NCBI GenBank assembly: GCA_945897315.1
Contig: CAMDFF010000003.1
Span: 14,885-78,884, forward strand
Length of the DNA: 64,000 bases
Reading direction: 5' to 3'
From: a candidate division TM6 bacterium UASB124
GTDB lineage: Bacteria; Babelota; Babeliae; Babelales; RVW-14
Below are positions 1 to 11,633 of the stretch, piece by piece (within the stretch, counting starts at the first letter, position 1; the number at the start of each line of letters is the position of its first letter). The notes under the pieces are model-generated. The model searched no databases. It was not told the origin of the DNA and worked only from the letters and a program-made list of their open reading frames with translations. A program made the position numbers and the translations under genes.

Positions 1-2
1 AA

Positions 3-731
3 GAGGCTGCTGGGCAAGGGCTGATTGCTGGCATTAATGCTTCTCTGCTAGCTGCCGGCAAACCACCATTTGTACTAAGCAGACAAGAAAGTTATATCGG
101 CGTGATGATTGACGACCTGGTTACGCTAGGAGCAGATGAGCCGTATCGCATGTTTACTTCTCGTGCTGAGCGTCGGTTGGTGCTGCGCCAAGATAATGTA
201 TTTGTCCGCTTGATGCCGTATGCTCGTGCGCTTGGTTTGATTGATGATACATTGTGGCTACGATTTTTAGATGAAAAAGCGGTTATCGAGGCGAGTGTGC
301 GTTATGCGCATGCCCATGGCAACCAAAGCGAGCTGTTTAAAGCGTTGCATTGTATTGTGTTTACAGCGGTGGAGCAGGCAGCGGCGCGGACTATCTTAGA
401 GCAAAAGCTAGCCCAGGAGGGTTTACCTGTTGGGGCTCTTTCGAGCCGAGCGCTCTTGAGCGTGCATGCTGAAGTGAAATATGCTGGCTATTTGCAAAAA
501 GAGCTGATTGAGTCTGACAAGGCTGTTCGTTACCAGCAATTGATTATTCCTGCTCGCTTTGATTATGCAGAGTTGCCAGGGTTGAGTTTTGAGTTGCAAC
601 AGAAGCTGCGCCACTACAGCCCAAAAAATATTGCCCAGGCGCAATTAATTCCTGGTATGACACCGGCGGCCATTTCTATTCTTATTTTTCAGCTGCGGAT
701 GCAGCCAGAATGTGCCCCCTGTGAGTTCTAG
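3..731 (+). CDS. mnmG: tRNA uridine-5-carboxymethylaminomethyl(34) synthesis enzyme MnmG/GidA, 3' part (5' end outside window)
   Basis: Frame open from position 3 (EAAGQGLIAGINA...); motifs YIGVMIDDLVT, EPYRMFTSRAE and C-terminal GMTPAAI. Confidence 0.95.
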   Translation, partial: EAAGQGLIAGINASLLAAGKPPFVLSRQESYIGVMIDDLVTLGADEPYRMFTSRAERRLVLRQDNVFVRLMPYARALGLIDDTLWLRFLDEKAVIEASVRYAHAHGNQSELFKALHCIVFTAVEQAAARTILEQKLAQEGLPVGALSSRALLSVHAEVKYAGYLQKELIESDKAVRYQQLIIPARFDYAELPGLSFELQQKLRHYSPKNIAQAQLIPGMTPAAISILIFQLRMQPECAPCEF

Positions 732-814
732 GGGAATAGGCCCTTTTCAATAAATCTATTTTTGGGTAGAATAGAGTGGAGTCAATAACTTCCATCTTTT
801 TACGATTGTGATCT

Positions 815-2227
815 ATGTCCGCTGAACAGCTTAATACGCAGGTACAGGACCATCTGTACCCAGAAGGTTTCTCTGTCCCTGAAAATTATGAGTTCAAATC
901 TGAGTTAGGCTTGAACGAAGAAATTGTGTGCGATATTTCTGCACGCAAAAATGAACCATTATGGGTGCTAGAACTACGCCTTAAAGGCCTTGAAAATTTT
1001 ACTCAGCGTCCCATGCAAAAATGGGGCCCAGATTTGGCTAAGCTTGATCACAATGATATTCATTATTATATCAAGCCTGCTAAGCAGCAATTTGAAAATT
1101 GGTCGGAAGTTCCCTCAGAAATTAAAAATACATTCGATCGACTTGGTGTCCCTGAAGATGAAAAAAAACATTTAGCAGGACTTGGCGCTCAGTACGAATC
1201 TGAAGTTGTTTATCATAATCTAAAAAAAGAGTGGGTTGATCAGGGCGTTATTTTCTTGGATACCGATTCAGGACTTAAGCAGTATCCGGAGCTCTTCCAA
1301 AAATATTTTGGTACGATTATTCCATTTAATGACAATAAATTTGCTGCGCTCAATACAGCAGTATGGAGTGGTGGTAGCTTTATTTATGTGCCTAAGGGTG
1401 TTCATGTTACAGCTCCCTTGCAAACGTACTTTCGCATAAATGCTGAAAAAATGGGACAATTTGAACGTACACTTATTATCGCCGATGAAGGCAGTAGTGT
1501 TACGTACATTGAAGGTTGTACTGCTCCGAGCTACAAAGCAAGCTCTCTGCACAGTGCTGTTGTTGAAATTGTTGCTCTGGCTGGTGCACGCGTTCGGTAC
1601 TATACGATTCAAAATTGGTCACGTAACGTGTATAACTTGGTTACCAAGCGAGCTTTCGCATACAAAAATGCTACAGTCGAATGGATTGATGCAAATTTGG
1701 GAAGTGGCGTTACCATGAAATATCCTGCTGTTGTGCTTAAAGAAGAGGGTGCGCGCGCAGAAATTCTTTCTATTGCTATGGCTAGTACTCCTGGCCAGGT
1801 GCAAGACTCTGGCGGGAAGGCAATTCACGAAGCACCAAATACTCATTCTCGCATTATTTCAAAATCGATCAGTGGTAATGGTGGTCGTGGCAGTTATCGT
1901 GGGGTAGTCAAAGTGCTTGCTGGAGCTGAAGGGTGTAAATCATACGTTCAATGTGATGCGCTTATTTTAGACAGCAAGTCTCGTTCAGATACGTATCCGT
2001 ATATCGATATCAATGAAAGTAATGTTGATATTGGGCACGAAGCATCCGTGAGCCGTATTGGCGATGATCAGCTGTTTTATCTTATGAGTCGTGGTCTTGA
2101 TTCAAATGCTGCACGTACCATGATTGTTAATGGGTTTATTGAGCCGTTTGTTAAGCAACTGCCGATGGAATTTGCAGTTGAAATGAACCGACTCATTGAG
2201 CTAGAGATGGAAGGGAGCGTTGGATGA
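815..2227 (+). CDS. sufB: Fe-S cluster assembly protein SufB
   Basis: Motifs [49 protein letters not shown]. Confidence 0.97.
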   Translation: MSAEQLNTQVQDHLYPEGFSVPENYEFKSELGLNEEIVCDISARKNEPLWVLELRLKGLENFTQRPMQKWGPDLAKLDHNDIHYYIKPAKQQFENWSEVPSEIKNTFDRLGVPEDEKKHLAGLGAQYESEVVYHNLKKEWVDQGVIFLDTDSGLKQYPELFQKYFGTIIPFNDNKFAALNTAVWSGGSFIYVPKGVHVTAPLQTYFRINAEKMGQFERTLIIADEGSSVTYIEGCTAPSYKASSLHSAVVEIVALAGARVRYYTIQNWSRNVYNLVTKRAFAYKNATVEWIDANLGSGVTMKYPAVVLKEEGARAEILSIAMASTPGQVQDSGGKAIHEAPNTHSRIISKSISGNGGRGSYRGVVKVLAGAEGCKSYVQCDALILDSKSRSDTYPYIDINESNVDIGHEASVSRIGDDQLFYLMSRGLDSNAARTMIVNGFIEPFVKQLPMEFAVEMNRLIELEMEGSVG

Positions 2228-2931
2228 ACCCACTTACCCTTAATTACAGTGATAATAGCGATGTTGTGCTTAGTGTTGCTTTGCGCGATTATTTTATTGA
2301 TGGTCAGTTGCCTACGGCACTTTCGCTGATTATTGAGGTAGCTGCAGGAGTCACTGTTAATCTAGTTGACGATTTAACGTGTATCAATAGCGGTACTACT
2401 ATTGTGCGGCATAATATTACGATCAATGCACACGAAAATAGTCTTGCAACATATAAGCTACGACTAGTGGAATCATTGGCAGGTCAGCCTGCTACAGTGA
2501 TTGAAAAAAGACTGACAGCAATGCTTTTGGGTGCCGGTGCTCGTGTTGATATGAACGCAGCGTGCCTGACAAAAAATACACAACGCATTACCTTCCATAC
2601 ACTCCAAGATCACGTGATTGGCGACAGCACCAGTAACGTACTTATTAAAGCAATTTGCGATGACTCTTCTCGTTTGACTTGTAATAGCTTGATTCGTATT
2701 CATCCTGGGGCACAGCGGTCCAATGCTGAGCAGGCAAATAAGAACATTTTGCTTAGCAAGCAAGCACGTGCTGTTTCCGTTCCGCAGCTTGAGATCGAAG
2801 CAAATGATGTTCGTTGTAAACATGGTGCTGCTGTTAGTACTTTGAGCAATGAGCATATGTTTTATTTGCAAAGCAGAGGCCTTTCTGTTGATACAGCCCG
2901 AACTCTCCTTTTGGATGGCTTTTTGCAATAA
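2224..2931 (+). CDS. sufD: SufD-like Fe-S assembly protein (short, divergent)
   Basis: ATGA overlap with sufB; C-terminal [18 protein letters not shown]...FYLQSRGL; only 235 aa. Confidence 0.8.
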   Translation: MNPLTLNYSDNSDVVLSVALRDYFIDGQLPTALSLIIEVAAGVTVNLVDDLTCINSGTTIVRHNITINAHENSLATYKLRLVESLAGQPATVIEKRLTAMLLGAGARVDMNAACLTKNTQRITFHTLQDHVIGDSTSNVLIKAICDDSSRLTCNSLIRIHPGAQRSNAEQANKNILLSKQARAVSVPQLEIEANDVRCKHGAAVSTLSNEHMFYLQSRGLSVDTARTLLLDGFLQ

Positions 2932-2963
2932 TTAAACTATTTCTGCTGCTTCTGTACACAGTG

Positions 2964-3004
2964 AAACCTGCTCAACTAAACTAGAGCAATAGGGCAGGTT
3001 TTTT
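2964..3004 (+). terminator. Possible intrinsic terminator after sufBD
   Basis: aaacctgctc...gggcaggttt stem followed by T run; large loop. Confidence 0.35.
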
Positions 3005-3022
3005 GTGTAGCGCGGGGACAGG

Positions 3023-3757
3023 ATGATGATGCAATTTCGTAGTATGTTTAATATGGGTTTATTCAAAAATCTTTCTCATTATTTATTTGGGATGCTTCTG
3101 ATCGCTCCACACATGCGTGCAGATATAGGAGCAGATGTTTGTGCGGGTACAAAGGCGTATTGCGTAGCTCACAAAAATGCGCGTAAAACGCCAGGTTCTT
3201 TGGTAAACGTTGCTATCGCTATTCCAAGTATTATTCTCGACATTAAGTATGCTACCACCGATAATTTTACGGGTAAAAAAGTGTATTCTCGGCCCGTATG
3301 CTACCTGCGTCGCGCAGTGGCGAAAGCGCTTAGGCAGGTGCAGCAAGACTTGAGAAAGCAAGGCCTTGGGTTGAAAGTCTGGGATGGCTATCGGCCGTAC
3401 GACGTACAAAAAATATTTTGGAAATTGTGCCCAGATCCTCGTTATGTAGGAGACCCTGCAAAGGGGGGCGTACACAACCGTGGTGCGGCTGTTGATGTGA
3501 CGCTTGTCTCATTGAGCACAGGCAAAGAGTTGGTGATGCCATCACAATTTGATGATTTCTCTGAAAAGGCACATTGCAATTATAGTACTATGACGCCTGA
3601 AGCAGCAAAAAATTGTAAGTTACTTGAAGATGCGATGACCAAGCGTGGGTTTAAAGTATTTAAGAGCGAATGGTGGCATTACAATTTTATTGGCTGGCAA
3701 CACTACCCATTGTTGAATATTTCATTCGAAAATCTTGCAAAAATGGTACAAAAATAA
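3023..3757 (+). CDS. ddpX: D-alanyl-D-alanine dipeptidase (VanX/DdpX, peptidase M15D)
   Basis: DIKYATTDNFTG, WDGYRP, HNRGAAVD (HxxGxAxD) and EWWH zinc motifs; hydrophobic N-terminus. Confidence 0.88.
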   Translation: MMMQFRSMFNMGLFKNLSHYLFGMLLIAPHMRADIGADVCAGTKAYCVAHKNARKTPGSLVNVAIAIPSIILDIKYATTDNFTGKKVYSRPVCYLRRAVAKALRQVQQDLRKQGLGLKVWDGYRPYDVQKIFWKLCPDPRYVGDPAKGGVHNRGAAVDVTLVSLSTGKELVMPSQFDDFSEKAHCNYSTMTPEAAKNCKLLEDAMTKRGFKVFKSEWWHYNFIGWQHYPLLNISFENLAKMVQK

Positions 3758-3888
3758 TTATTCAGTTGTTTTTTTTAAAGTGAGCGAAGAGGGCAATGCG
3801 TGGCTTTTTCAGCTTGAGTTTGTCTTTATTGATTGTTACTATACTGCCTGTTGGTTAATTATTATTTACTTACAGCAAAGAGGATCGC

Positions 3889-4836
3889 GTGAAAAATAGA
3901 GTGGTAAAAAAATTACTGTTGATGTTCGTTTTCGGGTTCAGTGTGTCATGTGTGCAGGTGTATTGCTCTGCTCCGGCGCCAGCAGTTGAAGATTCATTAG
4001 AAGCTCTGATGGCGAATTTGAGTGTAGCTCCAGCAGGGGATACTGCTGAGATTGAAGAGTTATGCACAAGACTAGTGCCTTTGCTTGCTCAGATTAATGA
4101 TGAAACAAGAGCGTCAGTATCTGCGATGACCGGGAAAAACTTTCAAGAAATGTGTAATTATGGTGTTGAGCATCCTTTATCCGGAGGGACGGCTCAGTTG
4201 AGTCGGTCATTAGGCCTGAGCTCTCCGTTAGTTGATAAGCTGCTTGTGGTGATTCGCAATGATTCTAGTTGGGTTGCTACCGGGAATACTGACAGAGCAA
4301 TTAGGCAAGTAGTAGATCTAACAATTGTATCATTAGATCTATGTAAAGTTATGTGGACTTTGCTCTCCGAAGCATATCCAGAAGAATCTGCTGCAGTAGC
4401 GATAAACGACTGCTTGGTTGGCCCATTATTGACAAATATTATGCAGTATTTGAACACATTGCAAAATGCACAAGAAATAACAGGCGCTCTTATTACAGGC
4501 CTGTCGAGCATAATGCCAAATGCTTCGATGCTGGATTCTTTTCAAATGCATTCAGCGGGCTTTTTGGGGTTCGTACGAGTCTTGTTGTTAAGAATAATAA
4601 GCGATGAGGCTATTGACTTACGGTACCGCAATGCTATCAGAGAATTGATGCCTCTTGTCGATGCAAGGCTTGCGGTTAGCGCTGTTGTTTCTGTTGAGGG
4701 TCGGACTGTACGAAGAGAAAGTAGTGATAGTAGCGATGAAGAGACTGCTTCTGTTGTTAGGCGAAGAAGCCGTTCGCGCTCTCCTGGCCGAGATGGTAAA
4801 GTTGTTGATCGGGATTGCGATAGAGTTGGTCGCTAA
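3889..4836 (+). CDS. Hypothetical secreted protein with acidic-Ser and RS-rich C-terminus
   Basis: 315-aa ORF, GTG start with GAGGA RBS, signal-peptide-like N-terminus; no recognised family. Confidence 0.7.
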   Translation: MKNRVVKKLLLMFVFGFSVSCVQVYCSAPAPAVEDSLEALMANLSVAPAGDTAEIEELCTRLVPLLAQINDETRASVSAMTGKNFQEMCNYGVEHPLSGGTAQLSRSLGLSSPLVDKLLVVIRNDSSWVATGNTDRAIRQVVDLTIVSLDLCKVMWTLLSEAYPEESAAVAINDCLVGPLLTNIMQYLNTLQNAQEITGALITGLSSIMPNASMLDSFQMHSAGFLGFVRVLLLRIISDEAIDLRYRNAIRELMPLVDARLAVSAVVSVEGRTVRRESSDSSDEETASVVRRRSRSRSPGRDGKVVDRDCDRVGR

Positions 4837-4863
4837 ATTAGGCGGTGGTTTAAATTTTCTCTC

Positions 4864-5148
4864 ATGATGCAGCTGGCAAATGCTGGCGCTGATGTGAGCC
4901 GCTCATTTCGGCATCGTCGTGAAGGTCGGATGGAAGATAGCGAAGCTGCTTTCGAGCGCGCCATGGAGCTATTTTATCTGATCGGTGAAGACCCAAAAAA
5001 TAAAACACGACTTAAAGAAATTCTGCGTGCACGGGCTGTTTACGCTGATTTATACGCGGGCATCAACGAGTTTAATTTCACTGAAGAGTGGCTAGATGGC
5101 TACTTCATGGATTTTAATTATCTAGCGGCTATCCAGCGCGAGCGATAG
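4864..5148 (+). CDS. Small alpha-helical hypothetical protein, possibly 5'-truncated
   Basis: QLANAGADV...AFERAMEL...DPKN...RLKEILRAR pattern recalled from a conserved uncharacterised family; frame stays open upstream to 4837 (IRRWFKFSL). Confidence 0.6.
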   Translation: MMQLANAGADVSRSFRHRREGRMEDSEAAFERAMELFYLIGEDPKNKTRLKEILRARAVYADLYAGINEFNFTEEWLDGYFMDFNYLAAIQRER

Positions 5149-5253
5149 GGTCTTGAAATCTGCTTTTTTACGTAAAATCCTACTGAAAATTGATTTATCA
5201 GTATTTTATCGGCATAATTAAAATAATAAAAATGCTGATAAAGGGCCGATATT

Positions 5254-6366
5254 ATGCCGATAAAATTTTCTCCTGTCTATGCTTTGACGCCAAAAACTGT
5301 GCAGTGTCTCATGCGCATTCAGGCTGCTTGCACAAAAATAGCTGGCTTGCCGCTCACCCCAAAAGTGCTTGCTTCATTACGAGAGACAGCTCGCTTGTAC
5401 TCTACTCATTACTCAACAATGATTGAAGGTAATCGATTGAGCTCTCAGCAAGTAGAGCATGTTGTAAAACATGAAGGTCATTTTCCTGGTCGTGAACGTG
5501 ACGAGAAAGAGGTGCTTGGTTACTATGCCGCACTGAAACAGCTTGAGCAGTGGGTAGCAAAGGGTGCAAAAATAAATGAAAAAATTATTCAAACAATGCA
5601 TGCGATTGTCATGGCACATGGAATAGCTACACCAAAACCAACATCGTATCGCGACGGGCAGAATGTTATTCGTGATGGTCGCACTAATCGTATTGTGTAC
5701 ATGCCGCCAGAGGCTAAAGACGTTGTTGGATTAATGGATGGGCTTATTGATTGGATTAATGCTAGCAAAGAGTTACCATGTCCAATTGTTGCCGCAATTG
5801 CGCATTATCAATTTGCTACAATTCACCCCTATTTTGATGGTAGCGGTCGCACAGCACGTTTACTAACGACAATGATTTTGCACCTTGGTGGTTATGATCT
5901 CAAAGGGTTGTATTCGCTTGAAGAATACTATGCTCGTAATTTAGATGGCTACTACACAGCCATCAGTATTGGTGAATCGCACAACTATTATCTTGGACGT
6001 GCTGAAGCTGATATTACGCAGTGGATTACCTATTTTGTTGAGGGCATGGCTATTGCGTGTGAGCGGGTACTTGAACAAATGGATGCTGAGGGGCAGAAAG
6101 GATTTGCTGATCAAAGTGATATGTTGCGCACGCTTGATCCTCGCCAGCGCAAAGCACTAGAATTGCTGCAAGCATATGCGGTTGTCACTGCTAAACAAAT
6201 TGGCGAGCTCTTTGGGTTGCAACCGCGAACGTGTGCTAAGTTGTGCAAATACTGGGTTGATAGTGGCTTTTTAGTAGTTGTTAATCCATCAAATAAAGCA
6301 CGGTCGTATGCCATTGCGCCAACATACGATGATTTGCTTACAATAGCAGCTATGAGAAAATCATAA
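5254..6366 (+). CDS. Fic-domain protein (class II, N-terminal inhibitory helix, probable C-terminal wHTH)
   Basis: Fic motif HPYFDGSGRTAR; inhibitory motif STMIEGN; C-terminal VTAKQIGELFGLQPRT. Confidence 0.9.
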   Translation: MPIKFSPVYALTPKTVQCLMRIQAACTKIAGLPLTPKVLASLRETARLYSTHYSTMIEGNRLSSQQVEHVVKHEGHFPGRERDEKEVLGYYAALKQLEQWVAKGAKINEKIIQTMHAIVMAHGIATPKPTSYRDGQNVIRDGRTNRIVYMPPEAKDVVGLMDGLIDWINASKELPCPIVAAIAHYQFATIHPYFDGSGRTARLLTTMILHLGGYDLKGLYSLEEYYARNLDGYYTAISIGESHNYYLGRAEADITQWITYFVEGMAIACERVLEQMDAEGQKGFADQSDMLRTLDPRQRKALELLQAYAVVTAKQIGELFGLQPRTCAKLCKYWVDSGFLVVVNPSNKARSYAIAPTYDDLLTIAAMRKS

Positions 6367-6373
6367 GTAGTTT

Positions 6374-7225
6374 TTACAGGTGCGTCTCTAAGAAAGTCAA
6401 AATAGCGTTTCGCGCATCTGCGGCTGCATGTGCGTTAACTGCAGCAGTACCGCCGGCACTCATCCAACAATTTAGGCCCTCTCCCCACCACTCTGGGTGG
6501 TCACTTGATGGACTATAAGCAGCTGTTGGAACAAAATGTCCAGCTCCTGGGCAGCAAAGATGCAAGCGATTAGCGGTAGGTTCGTTTGCTTCAAGCCGTT
6601 GCATAATTAAGTTGCCAAAATAGCCAAGGGTAAATGCAGCAAATCCGTGAGAGGCATACCAGCGTGCCATGCGTTCGTATATGCCGCCACCACCGCCGCC
6701 TAAGACAATGATTCCTGGTCGTGGTCTCATGCTACTGTCATGAAATAGTGTCCCAACCAAGCCCTCTTCGCGGATCTCTCTTCTTGCCATCGTTGGCAAC
6801 ATAGGCAATCTGATGATTGTTGTTTCAGTAACATGTTCGTCCCCGCATGTAGCTGTGAGCGTAATGGGCATTGGTCTATCGCCCATTTTAAATGGTGGTG
6901 CCATTCGTTCTTTTGGGAGCATGGACCAAAATAAGCCCATACCATCAATACCACTATATGATCATTCTATTGGTGCTTGCGTGGTGAGGTCAACTTCACC
7001 TGCTTCATTCATTTCAAATACAGCCTGTGATGACCATTCTTGATCATGTATATCTTCTTTGCACGATGCATGCACCGTTATTAGTTCACCCGGTGGCATG
7101 CCAGAAATAGTGATTGCTATTGGTTCATCAAGTAGCGTTTCTGTCTGGCTAACAGTGATTGTTGGTGAAGCAAGCAGCTGGTTGCTGAGTAAGCTGACAG
7201 TAAGAAGTATGGTCGTGAGTTTCAT
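6374..7225 (-). pseudogene. Acyl-CoA thioesterase/BAAT-family alpha/beta hydrolase pseudogene
   Basis: ORFs 6962..7225 and 6374..6940 are in frame, separated by TGA at 6962-6964 inside the G-S-Y-x-G-x-D-x-M-G-L-F-W-S-M motif; no GxSxG nucleophile region between LGYFG and the GAGH motif. Confidence 0.8.
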
Positions 7226-7246
7226 ACTGACTTCCTCTCTCCCAGT

Positions 7247-7276
7247 AAAAAGCCCCCGGTGAATATCGGGGGCTTT
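7247..7276 (-). terminator. Rho-independent terminator of gyrB
   Basis: Minus strand aaagcccccg-atattcac-cgggggcttttt just after the gyrB stop. Confidence 0.8.
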
Positions 7277-7294
7277 GATAATTAACTAATCGCT

Positions 7295-9772
<2,478 letters not shown>

Positions 9773-9882
9773 TCACAAAATCTTTCACACGCTGGGTCAT
9801 TTATTGTACTCTATCGAGCGTTGATTGGCGACAAACATGTGAAACGTAAGTATAGCAGAGCTCATACTTAGGATCAAAGTAG

Positions 9883-10377
9883 ATGAATAAAGATGTAATG
9901 CGAGATATACATGAAGCTTTCATGGGGAAAGCGCTCAAGCAAGCGCATGTTGCTCTTTCACACCAAGAAGTGCCGATTGGTGCAGTTGTTGTGGCAAAAG
10001 ATGGAACGATTATTGGCCGTGGTTATAATCGAATGGAGACGAGCAAGTGCCAGCTTGCTCACGCTGAGGCACGTGCGATTGCACAAGCATGTAAAAAAAT
10101 TGGGGATTGGCGATTGAACGGTTGTACAATATATGTTACCCTTGAGCCCTGTTTGATGTGCATAGGGCTGATTCAGCTTTCGCGAGTTGAAAAAATTGTT
10201 TATGGAGCCCCGTCACCGCTCTTTGGTAGTGTGTTGAGTTTCATGGCGCTTCCGACGTATGCAAAGCAGTTAAGAATAGAATGTGGCATTAGAGAGCAAG
10301 AATGTGTGACTCTTTTGCAATCTTTTTTTAAAAGAGTACGAAAAGACAGAAAGGATCGTGATGAAAGACAGAGCTAA
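9883..10377 (+). CDS. tadA: tRNA adenosine(34) deaminase
   Basis: EVPIGAVVV, AHAE, TLEPCLMC zinc motifs. Confidence 0.9.
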   Translation: MNKDVMRDIHEAFMGKALKQAHVALSHQEVPIGAVVVAKDGTIIGRGYNRMETSKCQLAHAEARAIAQACKKIGDWRLNGCTIYVTLEPCLMCIGLIQLSRVEKIVYGAPSPLFGSVLSFMALPTYAKQLRIECGIREQECVTLLQSFFKRVRKDRKDRDERQS

Positions 10378-10708
10378 GTTTGTTGCACAAATACGACAAA
10401 CACTCCTCAACCGCAAGCAGGAAATGGATGAGGCACTCTCCATGCAGTCTCATGAGAAATTGACCGATGGTGTTGTGCAAGACAGCGCCGACGAAGCCCT
10501 CTCGTTGAGCATGGAAAAGTTGCAGAATTCACTACAGCAAACTGAAATAGAAGAGCTTCGTCTTATGGAAGAGGCTTTAGTGCGCATCGATTCGGGTGAA
10601 TATGGTCTTTGTTTGGACTGTAGCGAACCAATCGCTGAAAAACGCCTGGAGCATTCCCCATTTGCGGCGCGATGTATTGTTTGCCAAGAAGCAGCAGAAC
10701 AAAAATAA
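10358..10708 (+). CDS. dksA: DksA/TraR C4-zinc-finger RNA polymerase-binding factor
   Basis: Coiled-coil tip DSADEA (DxxDxA); GEYGLCLDC...CIVCQE. Confidence 0.85.
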   Translation: MMKDRAKFVAQIRQTLLNRKQEMDEALSMQSHEKLTDGVVQDSADEALSLSMEKLQNSLQQTEIEELRLMEEALVRIDSGEYGLCLDCSEPIAEKRLEHSPFAARCIVCQEAAEQK

Positions 10709-10715
10709 AGAGCCT

Positions 10716-10959
<244 letters not shown>

Positions 10960-11047
10960 GATTTTGAGGGCTAATAGAGAGTGGGCGAAGATTATTTAAG
11001 TGCAGGTTGTGCAGAATTATCTCTCTGGCCAATTCTACTATGGTTTT

Positions 11048-11076
11048 TTGACAAAATAAGTTGGCTGGTGTAAGCT
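11048..11076 (+). promoter_or_regulatory. Sigma70-type promoter upstream of rpsI
   Basis: TTGACA-17 bp-TAAGCT. Confidence 0.6.
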
Positions 11077-11150
11077 TCTAAACAATAAATTAACCGCTCC
11101 CAATAAAGTGATATTTTATCAATTGTACGATTTATCTAGGTTATAGCGTT

Positions 11151-11555
11151 ATGAATAAAACAGTCGTATCATACACCCTGCATGGTGTTGGCCGCCGTAA
11201 AGCAGCAGTCGCTCGCGTATGGCTTAAGCCAGGCAAAGGCTCAATCGAAGTCAACGGTAAAAACTTTACTGAATATTTTGGTACAGATGTTGCACGTAGT
11301 GCTGTTGTCTTTCCTCTGCATATATGTGGAGCAGAAAAATCATTCGATGCATTGGTTTATGTTGCCGGTGGTGGCGAAACTGGCCAATCCGGTGCTATTA
11401 AATTGGGCATCGCTCGAGCGTTGTTGAAATCAAACGAAGCTCTGAGAGGCGTATTAAGACAAAACGACCTCTTAACCGTTGATTCACGCGTTAAAGAGCG
11501 TAAAAAACCTGGTCAGAAGGGCGCTCGCAGAAAATTCCAGTTCGTCAAACGGTAA
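11151..11555 (+). CDS. rpsI: 30S ribosomal protein S9
   Basis: GRRKAAVARV, GGGETGQSGAI, KERKKPG...ARRKFQFVKR. Confidence 0.97.
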   Translation: MNKTVVSYTLHGVGRRKAAVARVWLKPGKGSIEVNGKNFTEYFGTDVARSAVVFPLHICGAEKSFDALVYVAGGGETGQSGAIKLGIARALLKSNEALRGVLRQNDLLTVDSRVKERKKPGQKGARRKFQFVKR

Positions 11556-11564
11556 TCGAATTTT

Positions 11565-11600
11565 ATTACAGCTCCACATTTCGTGGAGCTGTAATTTTTT
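11565..11600 (+). terminator. Rho-independent terminator of rpsI
   Basis: attacagctccac-atttc-gtggagctgtaat followed by T run. Confidence 0.85.
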
Positions 11601-11633
11601 GTATGGCCATTTTGTACAGAAAACGAGCAATCG

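Noticed and set aside
6962-6964. In-frame TGA at a conserved Gly position, suggesting genetic code 25 (UGA=Gly) or recoding
   Set aside because: sufB, ruvA and the AAA-nuclease end at TGA at their expected C-termini, long core genes have no internal TGA, and this gene also has an internal deletion. A GGA-to-TGA nonsense mutation is simpler.
11556-11633. glmS ribozyme upstream of glmS
   Set aside because: Only 78 nt, mostly the rpsI terminator; no room for the ribozyme and no core motif
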